From positions 164,922,225 to 164,986,224 of the forward strand of contig NC_068982.1 of NCBI RefSeq assembly GCF_001194135.2: a DNA stretch of 64,000 nt, in the 5' to 3' direction. The position numbers and the translations under genes are program-made. This document shows positions 48,496-62,551 of this stretch, one piece after another (position 1 is the first letter of the stretch; every line of letters starts with the position of its first letter). The stretch is from Octopus bimaculoides (taxonomy: Eukaryota). The notes under the pieces were generated by a model that worked only from the letters and a program-made list of their open reading frames with translations, had not been told where the DNA came from and did not search any database.

Positions 48496-50076
48496 TATNN
48501 NNNNNNNNNNNNNNNNNNNNNNNNNNNNNNNNNNNNNNNNNNNNNNNNNNNNNNNNNNNNNNNNNNNNNNNNNNNNNNNNNNNNNNNNNNNNNNNNNNNN
48601 NNNNNNNNNNNNNNNNNNNNNNNNNNNNNNNNNNNNNNNNNNNNNNNNNNNNNNNNNNNNNNNNNNNNNNNNNNNNNNNNNNNNNNNNNNNNNNNNNNNN
48701 NNNNNNNNNNNNNNNNNNNNNNNNNNNNNNNNNNNNNNNNNNNNNNNNNNNNNNNNNNNNNNNNNNNNNNNNNNNNNNNNNNNNNNNNNNNNNNNNNNNN
48801 NNNNNNNNNNNNNNNNNNNNNNNNNNNNNNNNNNNNNNNNNNNNNNNNNNNNNNNNNNNNNNNNNNNNNNNNNNNNNNNNNNNNNNNNNNNNNNNNNNNN
48901 NNNNNNNNNNNNNNNNNNNNNNNNNNNNNNNNNNNNNNNNNNNNNNNNNNNNNNNNNNNNNNNNNNNNNNNNNNNNNNNNNNNNNNNNNNNNNNNNNNNN
49001 NNNNNNNNNNNNNNNNNNNNNNNNNNNNNNNNNNNNNNNNNNNNNNNNNNNNNNNNNNNNNNNNNNNNNNNNNNNNNNNNNNNNNNNNNNNNNNNNNNNN
49101 NNNNNNNNNNNNNNNNNNNNNNNNNNNNNNNNNNNNNNNNNNNNNNNNNNNNNNNNNNNNNNNNNNNNNNNNNNNNNNNNNNNNNNNNNNNNNNNNNNNN
49201 NNNNNNNNNNNNNNNNNNNNNNNNNNNNNNNNNNNNNNNNNNNNNNNNNNNNNNNNNNNNNNNNNNNNNNNNNNNNNNNNNNNNNNNNNNNNNNNNNNNN
49301 NNNNNNNNNNNNNNNNNNNNNNNNNNNNNNNNNNNNNNNNNNNNNNNNNNNNNNNNNNNNNNNNNNNNNNNNNNNNNNNNNNNNNNNNNNNNNNNNNNNN
49401 NNNNNNNNNNNNNNNNNNNNNNNNNNNNNNNNNNNNNNNNNNNNNNNNNNNNNNNNNNNNNNNNNNNTATATATATATATATGTAATATTAATGGTTTCT
49501 TGTTATGAAACCAATAGATTTTATACACGGCTGCAAGGAGAAGTGCGCTCAGAAAAATTGAGACAAGAGTAAAATATTAGTTATAGAATAAAAACGCTGG
49601 TTTAACGACTCAACATATCACACCCGCTCAATGAACCTATATAAGATATACAACATAATCCGTCAAACATAAGGAATTAGAAGATATATTTTATTTTATT
49701 TTAGTTTTTATATCGACCTGTATTATATTATATATTGGAAATTTTTAATCGTATTTATTTTAACTTCTCTGAAATGAAATATATGTGTATTGTGTTATAC
49801 CTTTAAACTATTTGTATGTTATCGGTTGGTATAATATATTCGTGTATAAAATTTTATACTATATGTTCTATTTCTTGCATCTTACTTCTTATATATTTCT
49901 TATTCTTTTATTTATTATTTCTTCTTACGTTATTTTTCTTATGTTATATCTTCCTATTCCTTATATTTGACGGATTATGTTGTATTTCTTATATATGTTC
50001 ATTGAGAGGGTGTGATATGTTGAGTCGTTAACCCAGAGTTTTTATTCTATAACTAATATATATCTATATATCTATA

Positions 50077-50109
<33 letters not shown>

Positions 50110-50973
50110 NNNNNNNNNNNNNNNNNNNNNNNNNNNNNNNNNNNNNNNNNNNNNNNNNNNNNNNNNNNNNNNNNNNNNNNNNNNNNNNNNNNNNNNNNNN
50201 NNNNNNNNNNNNNNNNNNNNNNNNNNNNNNNNNNNNNNNNNNNNNNNNNNNNNNNNNNNNNNNNNNNNNNNNNNNNNNNNNNNNNNNNNNNNNNNNNNNN
50301 NNNNNNNNNNNNNNNNNNNNNNNNNNNNNNNNNNNNNNNNNNNNNNNNNNNNNNNNNNNNNNNNNNNNNNNNNNNNNNNNNNNNNNNNNNNNNNNNNNNN
50401 NNNNNNNNNNNNNNNNNNNNNNNNNNNNNNNNNNNNNNNNNNNNNNNNNNNNNNNNNNNNNNNNNNNNNNNNNNNNNNNNNNNNNNNNNNNNNNNNNNNN
50501 NNNNNNNNNNNNNNNNNNNNNNNNNNNNNNNNNNNNNNNNNNNNNNNNNNNNNNNNNNNNNNNNNNNNNNNNNNNNNNNNNNNNNNNNNNNNNNNNNNNN
50601 NNNNNNNNNNNNNNNNNNNNNNNNNNNNNNNNNNNNNNNNNNNNNNNNNNNNNNNNNNNNNNNNNNNNNNNNNNNNNNNNNNNNNNNNNNNNNNNNNNNN
50701 NNNNNNNNNNNNNNNNNNNNNNNNNNNNNNNNNNNNNNNNNNNNNNNNNNNNNNNNNNNNNNNNNNNNNNNNNNNNNNNNNNNNNNNNNNNNNNNNNNNN
50801 NNNNNNNNNNNNNNNNNNNNNNNNNNNNNNNNNNNNNNNNNNNNNNNNNNNNNNNNNNNNNNNNNNNNNNNNNNNNNNNNNNNNNNNNNNNNNNNNNNNN
50901 NNNNNNNNNNNNNNNNNNNNNNNNNNNNNNNNNNNNNNNNNNNNNNNNNNNNNNNNNNNNNNNNNNNNNNNNN

Positions 50974-51049
<76 letters not shown>

Positions 51050-52410
51050 ACACACACATACATGCACACAAGTATGATTCTGTCTGTATATATTTGCATT
51101 CACGTATGGACACACATATATAATGTGATACAACATATTAAATACATATATTTTAAATAGTTTGAAGTATATCTGATATATAATTCAATCTGCTGAGTGG
51201 AACATATAGATGTGGTAGAGAGTCATCTCAGCGTTTCGCCAATGGTTGAACCGATCAGCACAGTTCGAGGTGAAACGCAGAGAAGAAGTGGAATGTTGAT
51301 TTAATAAGCATATATATGTGTATATAAGGATCCATCGATGTATGTACGTATATATGTATGTACATACAGATATACGGAAATAAATAAATAAATAAATACA
51401 CATACATATACATATACAGAGATACACACACACATATACATACATTCATACATATACCACCCATTACACTATCGCACATAAGCTCCATCGAAATAAGCTC
51501 TAAGATTATTATTATTATTACTACTACGGTAGTAATTTACCCACACGCAGCATTTTCAGAGCTTTGTAGCTAATTCAATTCTTAAGCGAATTGAAAACTG
51601 TTACCAGTTTTGAAAAGGACTGGTGCTTAGATACATTTTGGCATAAGGAATTGATATTTGGTCCAGTAGAAAAAAAAAAGTTTACATCGAAATTTGTAGC
51701 AACGTTATAGGAGAGTAAGTAACACCTCCTATTAAGTTTTTTATTTAAACTTTTTTATTTTAAACTTTAACTTTTTTATTTTAAAAGCAAAATATATTTA
51801 TCTTAGCTTCAATGATAGAAGAAAGCATGAGTAAATTTTTAGTTTTGATCCCATGCAACAAAAGCTTGTATAAAAAAAGTTGTGAGGTAAAATATCAGGA
51901 AAAATATATATGGCAAAAAATTGGATTTAAGTATAATTACCTTTTTTTTATTTTAAAAATAAGTTATATTTTAAGTAAGGTTAATTGATAGAGCTCAATT
52001 CGAGGAATGTGATGGTATTAATCTCATGCAATGAAGTTTTAAAAAATAAAAGTTATGAGTATTTGTTTCTAAAATTTGAGGGTGATAATATTGTTCTAAC
52101 CTTTTTTATGACTATAGTTCTATATCGGGACTTTTAATAAATGTCACTGGCATCATTGAGATAAGGAAAAGATTATCAACGACACCGCTAGTTTGCAATT
52201 AGTTTAACTAATCTAATTTTTATTCTTTTAGATTAAAACTTTTTGTTTTAATTCAATAATAATAATTCAATCACAAAAATGAAAAAATTAAAAATATTAT
52301 TTAGAAATTTATTAAATTTATTATTCAATTTTCAATAAGGTAACATCTTAAATTATTAATTGACACATTTCTAATTAGCATAATAGCATATCCTGGAAAA
52401 ATATGGATTA

Positions 52411-53226
52411 CATGGAAAAATGCGAGCAAGAGAAATAATATTCTTAAGAATATAAATCTGGAAACGTTCAGGACAAGTTCTTACATCTGGTAAAATACAG
52501 AACAAGTAAAGTTTTACTTAAAATATTGCTAAGCATAAAATTTGAATATCAAAGATTATTGGATTTTAATTTACGAAGTAACATTTTAATTTAAAAAGTT
52601 ACCATCATTTTGTTAAAATACTGACACACTAGAATACTTAAAAAATGAGAACCAGAAGTACCAATATAGCTAAACTTCTATGCAAAGTAGAATAGTATAT
52701 ATGGTAGGCAAATTTATTATGTAAAAAATAAGTATTTGGTCAAGACTAAAAATGTGAAGACTTGGTAATAACATAGGAAATAACGCAAGCAATTTTTACT
52801 GTGAATTTGTCATAGGTAGACTTTATATACTAATATTTGTATTATTCAATTTATTGTACTAATTATGTACTACTATTACTTTTTCTAACCTATTTTCAAA
52901 TTTCTAATTACTAGTTAATAATTCAAAAAATGAATTTGCTTTAAAGGGAAAAAATTATTTTGAGCTATTTTTATTTTTAATAGAAGTAACAGTAATAACT
53001 TGTAATAAATATTTTAGTTTTAATAAAAGCTAATATTTTCTAAATCTAAATATTTTATTTGAAACATTATCCTTAGCTGCAATATTTTAAGTAAAACTTT
53101 TATTCTTCTGTACTTTACCAGATGTAATAACTTGTCCTGGACGTTTCTAAGTGTAATAACTTGTCCTGTACTTAACCATGTTTCTAATCTTAAGAATGTT
53201 ATTTCTCTTGCTCGCATTTTCCTATG
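52411..53226. mobile_element. Non-autonomous DNA transposon with about 170-200-bp TIRs and TA target duplication
   Basis: TA|CATGGAAAAATGCGAGCAAGAGAAATAATATTCTTAAGA versus revcomp TA|CATAGGAAAAATGCGAGCAAGAGAAATAACATTCTTAAGA; match continues through aggacaagtt..acatctggtaaa..aagttttacttaaaatattgc. Confidence 0.88.
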
Positions 53227-53894
53227 TAATGTAAGTATTCATTGACTAAAGATCATGCATAAAGTTTTCTGACGTTACCCATTGAATGAAAATGACGGGT
53301 GATTGCATTATGAAATCACTCCATCGCCCGAGGCAATTTCCAAGTCGATCAGCTCGGATCTTTGTGGATGAGTGCGTTTATTCGACTCTCTTTGAACTCT
53401 GAGCCTGAACGCGGAGTGACAACGAGATTAAATTTCCTCTCCCTGAAGCATGAAAACAATTTTTGTGCAATCTTCCATCAATAGGGCCTTCACCTTGCAT
53501 AGCACAAATGTTTCGATTGGGTTTGTCAGCTTTGGAACTTTGATTGAAAGCGGAGAAAGGCATGTGTTGAAAATGCTCATTTTTCTCTACTGTGCCGTTT
53601 ATCGGCATGTCTACAAAGATTTAAAATGTATTCAAGTTTCAAATACGATAAGCAAAAGTTGTGGAAGGAGCTACTTAAAAAATATAAAAATAATCAAAAT
53701 CATAAAAAAGCTATTTTCCCTGTTAATTCAAGTAACAATGGAAACAAACGAACGAATTTATCTGACAACTTATTTATAAAGAATGAAAACTGCATTAATC
53801 TTGTCAATCTAGAAGTGGTGCATATAGCCGTGCGCGCTTTCTTCGTACTAGATATTAATATAGTTAGTCAGACTGTAGGCAATTTAGTTAGTTA

Positions 53895-53896
53895 GT

Positions 53897-53945
<49 letters not shown>
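53895..53945. repeat. (TAGA)n microsatellite
   Basis: Direct reading. Confidence 0.95.
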
Positions 53946-55558
53946 GGCTAGCTAGCTAGACAGGGAGAGAGAAAGAGAGAAAGAGAGAGAGAGAGAGATT
54001 GGGACACATTAAAATTGTCTGTTAACTGCGATCCAGAAATATGTGTTTCTGAATGTAATGAATAAAGAAGAAACAAAGTAAATGACATAGAAGAACTAAA
54101 AACAAATAAACTACAGACAGAATATAAAAGTAAATTCATAGTTTTATTATGAAGAATAAACAAAAGAAAACTTTTTTTCAAATATACAATTATGCAGAAT
54201 ATTGAAAGAATCTCTTTAGCTGAAAACTAAATCTGAAGAAAATCAAAATATTTTAGATGTAGAGAAATACTAAAAAGATATGTGATTGGAGAGGGGGAAT
54301 CGAATAGAAGGAGAAAGATGGAACGTTGAGTAGAAGAATAAGAAAAGGCAAAAGTAAAATCTGGTAATAGTAAAAGAAGTAAAAGATAACTGGAATTGTT
54401 GGAAATGGTAAAGATTAAATATCATTAGTCTATGAGAAATGATTATATATGGGTTGATTGTTTGCACAGATATAACGCTGTTGGTATATGGGAATTGATA
54501 ATATGGGAATATCGCAGGAAAGTGTGATGAGATTTGTGATAGATGTAAATAGGAAGTTAGGAAATGAAAGAAAGATTGGAGAGAGAAGGGAAGTAGAACG
54601 AATGAAGCATAATAGAAAGAAAATGGGCTGGGAGAGAAGAGAAGATAACATTAGAAGTGAAGTGAGAGAAACAGAATCAAGAGTTTAATGAATGCAGGGT
54701 AAGAGGAATGAAGAAAACGGAGAATAAAATGAAACAGAGAGAAAAAGAGAGTAAAAGTAGAGAGTAAAAGTAGAGAGTGGGAGACAGAGTGAGATTGGTA
54801 GAACGAAACAGATAAAAGGAGAAAAGTAACGAGTGAGGAAGAAATGAGAGAGGAAATATGTACAATATCTGATAGAAAACATAATTTTGAAAATAGAAAG
54901 AGAAAGGAAATACAAAAGTAAGATACCATGAAAAATAAAAGTATACTTGAGTGAGATCATGAGAAAAGAGAGATAGAAAGAGACAGCTGGATAAAAGAAA
55001 TAAACAATTATGTGAAAAAGACAGGCGGTGAGCAGTGTGTTGGAATAACAGAATTGAAGTAGGTGTTTAATGAACAACATACAAGTAAAATAGCTATAAA
55101 CTTGAAAGGAAGTTTTGAGACAAGATATAACTTGTCAAGAGATAAATAATTAATTTCTATTATAAGAGCAACACATATTTACAGAGAATTTATTATCGAG
55201 TTTTCTTGACTAGATTTGATGTCTTTGTTGTTGACGATTAGACGCATAGTGGTGATAAATTTAACTTTAAAGCGATAAGCATGTGTTAGGAAATGTGCAA
55301 AGCAAATATTCAACAAAATATATTTGAAAATTTAATGATAAAAACATCTCATATGCATACTACATTTGAAATTTCCAAGTGGAATCAAATACCGTCAATT
55401 ATTGTTTTATGAAGCGATAAAAAGTGCTTTTTATTCGTACAATATTAATTTCTTGTGGTAGATACATGAGATGAGAAGAATCGAACTCAGTAAATTAGTG
55501 CTTATGTCAAGAAAAATTAATAGTGTTGTGAATCGATTCATGAATATCTTTGGGGGCT

Positions 55559-55842
55559 AAGGCGGTGAGCTGGCAGAAACGTTAGCACACCTGGTAAAAT
55601 GCTTAGCGCGTCTGCCGCTACGTTCTGAGTTCAAATTCCGCCGAGGTCGACTTTGCCTTTCATCATTTCGGGGTCGATGAATTAAGTATCAGTTATGCAC
55701 TGGGGTCGATGTAATCGACTTAATCCCTTTTTCTGTCCTTGTTTGTTCCCTCTATGTTTAGCCCCTTATGGGCAATAACGAAATAAGAAACGCTAGCACG
55801 CCGGGCAAAATGCTTAGCGGTATTTCGTCTGTCTTTACGTTC
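55559..55842 (+). mobile_element. tRNA-derived SINE family A followed by a partial second head
   Basis: Colinear with 5559-5786; 55787-55842 repeats agaaacgctagcacgccgggcaaaatgcttagcggtatttcgtct. Confidence 0.9.
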
Positions 55843-55849
55843 CAGGCTT

Positions 55850-56215
55850 ATCTGATATCCCTTGAAGAATTTTTTTCAGAATCTATTTAAAGGTGATGGA
55901 ATCCTTTTCCCCTTTGATTTGTTTTAGGACAATGTTAAATAGGGTGTTGTGATACTGAATTGGGTAGGGATCATATGGCATGTGGTCCAAGCCTTGGATG
56001 AATTCTGAAATTAAGGCTAAGGTCGTTTGTGGTATATTCTCCACGTTGTGCAAATGATTTGTCGCTCGCGGCGGCACTGCAGAGAATACAGTTTCAATTC
56101 TTTAAGGCGGTCCCAGTAATCGAGATCTGTCATACCCTTTATTCTTTTAGTAAATGCCCTCTGGAATGATTCGATTCTTGAAATGTTACGGCTTTTGTAG
56201 GGTGACATTATTCTA
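55850..56215 (-). mobile_element. CR1/L2-like LINE 3' fragment
   Basis: SPYKSRNISRIESFQRAFTKRIKGMTDLDYWDRLKELKLYSLQCRRER..; TLFNIVLKQIKGEKDSITFK. Confidence 0.88.
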
Positions 56216-57069
56216 GGTGAAGCAGTAGAAAGGAGTAAAAAAAAGGAAGGAATAAATATTTTTTAAAAGTCCATTTATTTTAGTACATTATATTTCAACG
56301 TCGTATTATATATTTTTTGTTTACATCATTGATATAAAGGGTTAAGCATAACTATGAATATTGTGAAATATAAATGAAATAATTTTGAAATCTTGGACTG
56401 TGAGTATGTGTGTATGCATGTGTTTGTGTGTGCGGTTTTTACTGGGAAACAGTTATGGTTTGAACAATATAAACCTGGTCATTGAATAAGTACTACTAAT
56501 ATATATATAATATAAACAGACTTCCTTCTTCTCCGTATATCTTTAGAAATGTTCTATATTCTAAATGAAGTCAAATTATTTGTAACACTGGAGAACACTT
56601 TAATGTATTGTCCGCTCAACTCCAAAAGGATTTCATGCCATAATCTAGTTTGTAGTTGTAAATTTATTTTTCATTTTCTCTCTTACAATTAATAAATATG
56701 ATATGCAAACACTCTTGAACTGAACCCTCCTTAAGCACGAACAACACATAGCTAAGTTCCTCCATAAACACTTGACTTCAAAATCACTGATAACCTTTTC
56801 TCATGTCAATCTCTCATTCATATATATNNNNNNNNNNNNNNNNNNNNNNNNNNNNNNNNNNNNNNNNNNNNNNNNNNNNNNNNNNNNNNNNNNNNNNNNN
56901 NNNNNNNNNNNNNNNNNNNNNNNNNNNNNNNNNNNNNNNNNNNNNNNNNNNNNNNNNNNNNNNNNNNNNNTGTCTGTACATATATATGTATGTATGTGTG
57001 TGTGTGTCTGTGTCTGTGTCTGTGTATGTATGTATGAATGTATGTATGTATGTATGTATGTATGTATGT

Positions 57070-58250
57070 TTGGCTGTGTGATAAAAAGTTTGCTCACAAT
57101 CACATGGTTCCAGGTTCAGTCCTACTGCGTGGCACCTTGATCGAGTCCTATATTATAGCCTTAGGCCGACCAAAGCCTTGTGCGTCGATTTGGAGGACAG
57201 AAACTGAAAAAAGCCCATTGTATATATATATATATACGAAGAGGTACCAAAACGTAAATAGAAACGGTCGCTAGTTCAGGCTTTCGTCGCTAGAAGCTAC
57301 TTTATGCGACCCTCAGGCATCAGTCTGCCTACTGGTTTCATTGTCTGTAGTAGTATTGCCACGTGGTGCGTTTTTGCATTGCAGTGCTTCCTAAAACTGG
57401 CTAAAACTGCTGCCACAAGCAAAGCACAAGTTTACGAGAAGTTTTCCCGCTTTAGGAATGGTCACTTGTCGCTTGAAGAACAATCTTGTACAGGGCGACC
57501 GTAGGCCATCCGAAAGAATGAAAGCATCGCGAAAATTCATGACCTAGTCTTGAAGGAACTTCGCCCAACAATTGACAAACTTGTTAATGAGGTTGGTGTG
57601 TCCTGGAGCACCTTCTACCGAATTTTGAGCGAGGAAGTGCGAATGAAAAGTGTTGCAGGGCAATTTGTGCCTCGCTTGCTCACGGAAGATCAAAAGCAGT
57701 CACGATTGAATGCGTGTCGTGAACTGAAACACTTTTGGAATTGACGTGAACCCTTTTTCAAAGCTCATCACTAGTGACGAAAGCTGATGCTACGGAATTT
57801 GCAAATATGGAAGAGGTCGAGAAAAAAACGACAGAGGCGTTTAAAGGCATTACTTCTTATGAATTACAGGGTTGCTTCGAACAGTGGAAAACTCGTCTAG
57901 ACAGATGCAGGGTTCGAATAGAGAATACTTTGAAGGCGATAAAAGTGTAAACATGTAAAAGTAAGTGAATAAAATAACGTTGCAAAATTACAGTTTCTTT
58001 TGGGTACCCCCTTCTATATATGTATATATTTGCGCGTTTGTATCTGTGTTTGTCGCACTCACCATCACTTGACAACTGATTTGGTGTGTTTATGTACCCG
58101 TAACTTAGCGGTTTGACAAAACGGACCGATAGAATAAGTACTAGGCTTAAAAGGAATAAGTCCTGGGGCGATTTGGTCGACTAAAACCCCTTACGTTGGT
58201 ACTCCAGCATGCATGTTGTTAAGTGACTGAAACTTGTAAAAGAAGAAAAG
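57070..58250 (+). mobile_element. SINE family B split by a mariner insertion
   Basis: 5' half 57070-57236 and 3' half 58017-58250 are colinear with family B; the interruption lies in the internal (TA)n. Confidence 0.88.
57237..58016 (+). mobile_element. Internally deleted mariner transposon with both TIRs
   Basis: TIRs CGAAGAGGTACCAAAA / TTTTGGGTACCCCCTTC, TA flanks; FSRFRNGHLSLEEQSCTGRP..EVGVSWSTFYRILSEEVRMKSVAGQFVPRLLTEDQKQSRL; jumps from the GDE region to the C-terminal CFEQWKTRLDRC..EYFEGD. Confidence 0.92.
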
Positions 58251-58257
58251 AATGAAA

Positions 58258-58328
<71 letters not shown>

Positions 58329-58374
58329 TATATATTTGTATATGTACACACATACACATATATATATATATATG

Positions 58375-58750
58375 CATACATGGGTAGGAAATACGAAAAC
58401 AAAAGAGTTGAATATATAAACAACGAGAGAAACAAAGGGAAAACAGGACAAGTGACATGAAGAACGACCCTTCATCAGTTGTCGGCTGTCCATCTACCCC
58501 TCGTTTCGAGCAATGAACGATAATATGAGTCTCCGAAGGGCAGTTGCACCCGCAAGCCAAATTTGGGATTTGCGGAGAGTCAAAGTTGGTAGCAAAAACA
58601 GGACAGTGGATACATACAAGGAAAACGAGCGAAAACAAACATAGAGAGTCGTTAGATCAAGCGAAGGTAAAATAGCGAACGCTGGACAAAAATTGTCTTA
58701 GACAAGAGGAAAGATAGAAGAGAGAGACAGATGGGATACGTGCAGTTTCT
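58375..58750 (+). mobile_element. TA-flanked interspersed repeat (possibly a non-autonomous PLE/pLTR module)
   Basis: Colinear over about 370 bp with revcomp of 61745-62125; embedded between (TA)n tracts. Confidence 0.75.
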
Positions 58751-58755
58751 ACTGG

Positions 58756-58890
<135 letters not shown>

Positions 58891-59649
58891 GTAAAAAGAA
58901 GAGAAATTAAAAAGAAATTAGCGACGAAAAGAAAGAAGAAGGTATAAAAAACAAATTGTTCTGTTTGGGTAGGCGGCATTAGCTGCCTTCAAGTTAGATA
59001 ATACCTGCTTAAACTGGTTATATTTGGCGCAGGAAATAAAGGGTTAGTTTTATATTATAGTCTGCATTCGTTCAATTATGTACGGAAATACATGAGTGAA
59101 AATGTGAGATTTGTACGAGTGCAGTTTTATGGACTTCGTTGCGATGTCCTTTTCATGCATATGTTTGAATGAGTATTACTTTTCTCCACTGAATATTATA
59201 AATTTAAACGGATCTTGCCTACCTAACACGCACAAAGCTAATGCGACTTGCAGTCAGAAAAATGTCTGCATTCTCTTTCCATCAACACTACCATGTATGC
59301 ATTCAGTGTCTTTTCCTTCTTCCTTTTTTCTGCTTCCTTGTTCTTTATTCAACAAATTTATTCCACAAATTCTTAACTCTTTCCACACAGTTAACTTATA
59401 AATATATTTTTCTCTTTGCCTCACTATCAAACTAGCTCTACCTTGCAAACGCTATGCCTTACATGCGAGATAAAGAATATAATTCTAAAACGCTTGGAAA
59501 ATCCCAGAACATCAATCTGACGAAAGTAAATGAGCCGACAATTTGAAATAACTAGCAAACGTTCTTATAAAAAAAAACATAATAGGCACGCACACACACG
59601 CACACACACGCACACACACACGCCCCCCCCCACTCACACACACACGTGG

Positions 59650-59900
59650 ACCGAAAAGTGACTGGTGACGCGAAATGGGTTCTCTATAAAAATATCAAGC
59701 GCCGAAGACAGTGGGCAGGGAAAGGAGAAATACCTGCACCACAGGCTAAAGGAGGCCTTCACTCATGTAAGGCAGTGTTATCTGTTTGGTACGATATGGA
59801 GTTTTAAATCCAAACCAAACTTTAACAAAAGAGATCTACTGTGAGCAGCTTCAGTCAGCGCTAGGAGAAAATCGACCATCTTTGGTTTCAAGACCTTAGA
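59650..59900 (+). mobile_element. Mariner transposase catalytic-domain fragment
   Basis: VTGDAKWVLYKNIKRRRQWAGKGEIPAPQAKGGLHSCKAVLSVWYDM (first D of the DDD triad region). Confidence 0.88.
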
Positions 59901-59994
59901 TTAAAAAAGAACTTTGTTTATCTTACTTTTGAAAAATAAAAGAAGTATACAAAAAAACCGTTATTCAAGTGATGACCCAATATAGTATTATATT

Positions 59995-60315
59995 CTTTTA
60001 CTTGTTTCAGTCATTTTGACTGCAGCCATGCTGGAGCACCAACTTAGATGGCTTTAGTCGAACAAATTGACCCCAGGATTTATGCTTTGTGAGCCTGGTA
60101 CTTATTCTATTGTATCGTTATACCGAAACGCTAAGTTACGGGTACATAAACACACCAGCATCGGTTGTCAAGCGATGGCGGAAGGACAAACACAAACACA
60201 CACACACTTAAACACACAAACATACATATAGTAGAAGACATTTGCCCAAGGTATCACGCAGTGAGACTGATCACAGAATCATGCGGTTGGGAAGCAAGCT
60301 TCTTACCACACAGCT
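59995..60315 (-). mobile_element. SINE family B with internal deletion
   Basis: Tail, body and head colinear with 17891-18346; segment after the core is missing. Confidence 0.85.
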
Positions 60316-60415
60316 TGTAGTATATATATATGTAGTATATATACATATATATNNNNNNNNNNNNNNNNNNNNNNNNNNNNNNNNNNNNNNNNNNNNNNNN
60401 NNNNNNNNNNNNNNN

Positions 60416-60454
<39 letters not shown>

Positions 60455-60479
60455 ATATATACTACATATATATATACTA

Positions 60480-60630
60480 CAAGCTTCTTTCAGTTTCCGT
60501 CTGCGAAATCTCCTCGAAAGGCTTATGTCCCGAGGTTATAATAGAAGACACGTTCCCAAAGTGCCACGCAGTGGGATTGAACCCAGGATCATGTGGTTAG
60601 GAATCAAATTTATCACCGCACAGCCATGCA
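60480..60630 (-). mobile_element. SINE family B 5' half
   Basis: cttctttcagtttccgtct..gtgccacgcagtgggattgaacccaggatcatgtggtt..caccgcacagccatgc. Confidence 0.85.
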
Positions 60631-61430
60631 GCTATGCTTGCGCTTTTATACATATTTATGTGCGTGTGTGTGTGTGTCTGTCTGTCTGTGTATGCGCGCG
60701 CGTGCCTGTGTATCTGTGTGTTTGTGTGTGTTTCTGTTTGTGCCTAAGCAGACAGTAAGTTACAGAGTTGTTTATTAACGAAAGTTAATAAAGAATAATA
60801 AAGTTAGAAATCTAGTAGCAGGCGTAAGCTTGTGAGTATCACATTAAACCACAGACCAGAAAAGAATTTAGGTAAAATCTTCTCTCTATAAGACGGAACA
60901 TTGTCGAAAGGATTCATATGTACATGCAAGAATTGCTTGTCAAAGACATTGCACAAGCAGAATTATATTTCTTGAAGAATGACTCGAACTTGATTTTAAA
61001 TGTTTATTACAAATAAGAATATTTCTGGAATCAGTTTCACAGACAATTCCTAAAATTAAGAATTAAATCCTATGAAGATTAAAGAAATTTCCCTTTAATA
61101 CAAAACCTAATTTCGAACGAAATACCTAGTTAGGTGGTTAAACTAATAATCCCACACAGCGACTTACTGCAGCAAATAGAAGTACCTTTATTATATGACC
61201 CGACTCGTACAATGTATCGAAGCTTACTAGGAAACAATAACTTTTCAAACCAATGATTGTAAATAACAGTCAGCTTAGCAATTTGACAACTGGATTTCGT
61301 TCCAAGAAGTTTGAGAAATGGCTGCTTAAGTTCTCAACGCCTTAACTTAAATTACAAAATTATCAGCATGATATACTGAGTGCGCATTCTTTCGTTTGTA
61401 CTCACATGCATCTAATCTAGCTACCAAACT

Positions 61431-61525
61431 TCTCTCTCTCTTTCTCTCTCTTTCTCTCTCTTTCTCTCTCTTTCTCTCTCTTTCTCTCTCTCTCTCTCAC
61501 TCTCTCTCTCTCCCTCTCTCTCCAT
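61431..61525. repeat. Pyrimidine tract with 10-bp period (TTTCTCTCTC)n
   Basis: About five consecutive units. Confidence 0.9.
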
Positions 61526-61639
61526 ATATATATANNNNNNNNNNNNNNNNNNNNNNNNNNNNNNNNNNNNNNNNNNNNNNNNNNNNNNNNNNNNNNNNNN
61601 NNNNNATAATAATAAATAATATATATGCATATGTGTGCA

Positions 61640-62123
61640 TAGGACGTCACCAACAGTGTAAACAACATGAAATGCGTAGACAAACGAGTTAAATACGTAA
61701 ACAGCGAGAAAAATAGACAACAGGACAAGTAAATACAGAGAACGACTGGACGTCTTTTTTCTCTCTCTTCTATCTGTCCTCTTTTCAAAGAAGATATTTC
61801 CCTCACCGTTCACTATTTTCCTCTCGTTCTGGTCTAACGACCCTCCATGTTTGTTTTCGTCCGGTTTCCTTGTGTGTCTCCACTGTCCTGTTTTTGTTCC
61901 CAACTTTGATCCTCCACAAATCCGAGATTTTATTTTAGAATTTATGGGAGCAACGGTTTTTGAAGACTGATATTGTCGTTGAATACTCGAAATGAGGAGT
62001 AGATAGACAGCCGACAACTGATAAAGGGTCATTTCTCTGTGTTTTCCATTTTTTGCTCTCGTTGCGTACGTATTTAACTCGTTTGTCTACGTATTTCATG
62101 TTATTTACACAGTTGGTGACGTC

Positions 62124-62125
<2 letters not shown>
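61640..62125 (-). mobile_element. Second copy of the TA-flanked module, with an inverted duplication of its end
   Basis: 61640-61705 (aggacgtcaccaacagtgtaaacaacatgaaatgcgtagacaaacgagttaaatacgta) is the revcomp of about 62065-62125; body matches 58375-58750. Confidence 0.8.
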
Positions 62126-62171
<46 letters not shown>

Positions 62172-62500
62172 GGTCTGCCTGTATGTATGTATGTATGTAT
62201 GTATGTATGTATGTATGTATGTATATCGGTGACTGTTTTTTTCTAATTTTCTTCTAAATATCTTTCTATCTATATACAAACACACACATACACACACATA
62301 TTTATATGGAAGCAAAGAGATGTATGCAAACTCAATCACACCATGCAGTCATTTTTATGTGCTTGCGTGAGAGCGAGAGCGTGTATGTAATATACACATA
62401 AATATCTACGTATTGATATATTCACTAATATCCGAAATTTTGAGAATATCATATTGCATTTGTTGCTTATGTGTATGCATGTGTGTGCGTGCGCCCGTCC

Positions 62501-62551
<51 letters not shown>

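Noticed and set aside
54250-55100. Long minus-strand hydrophobic ORFs (F/L/S-rich)
   Set aside because: A consequence of a purine-rich plus strand; no domain motifs or splice support.
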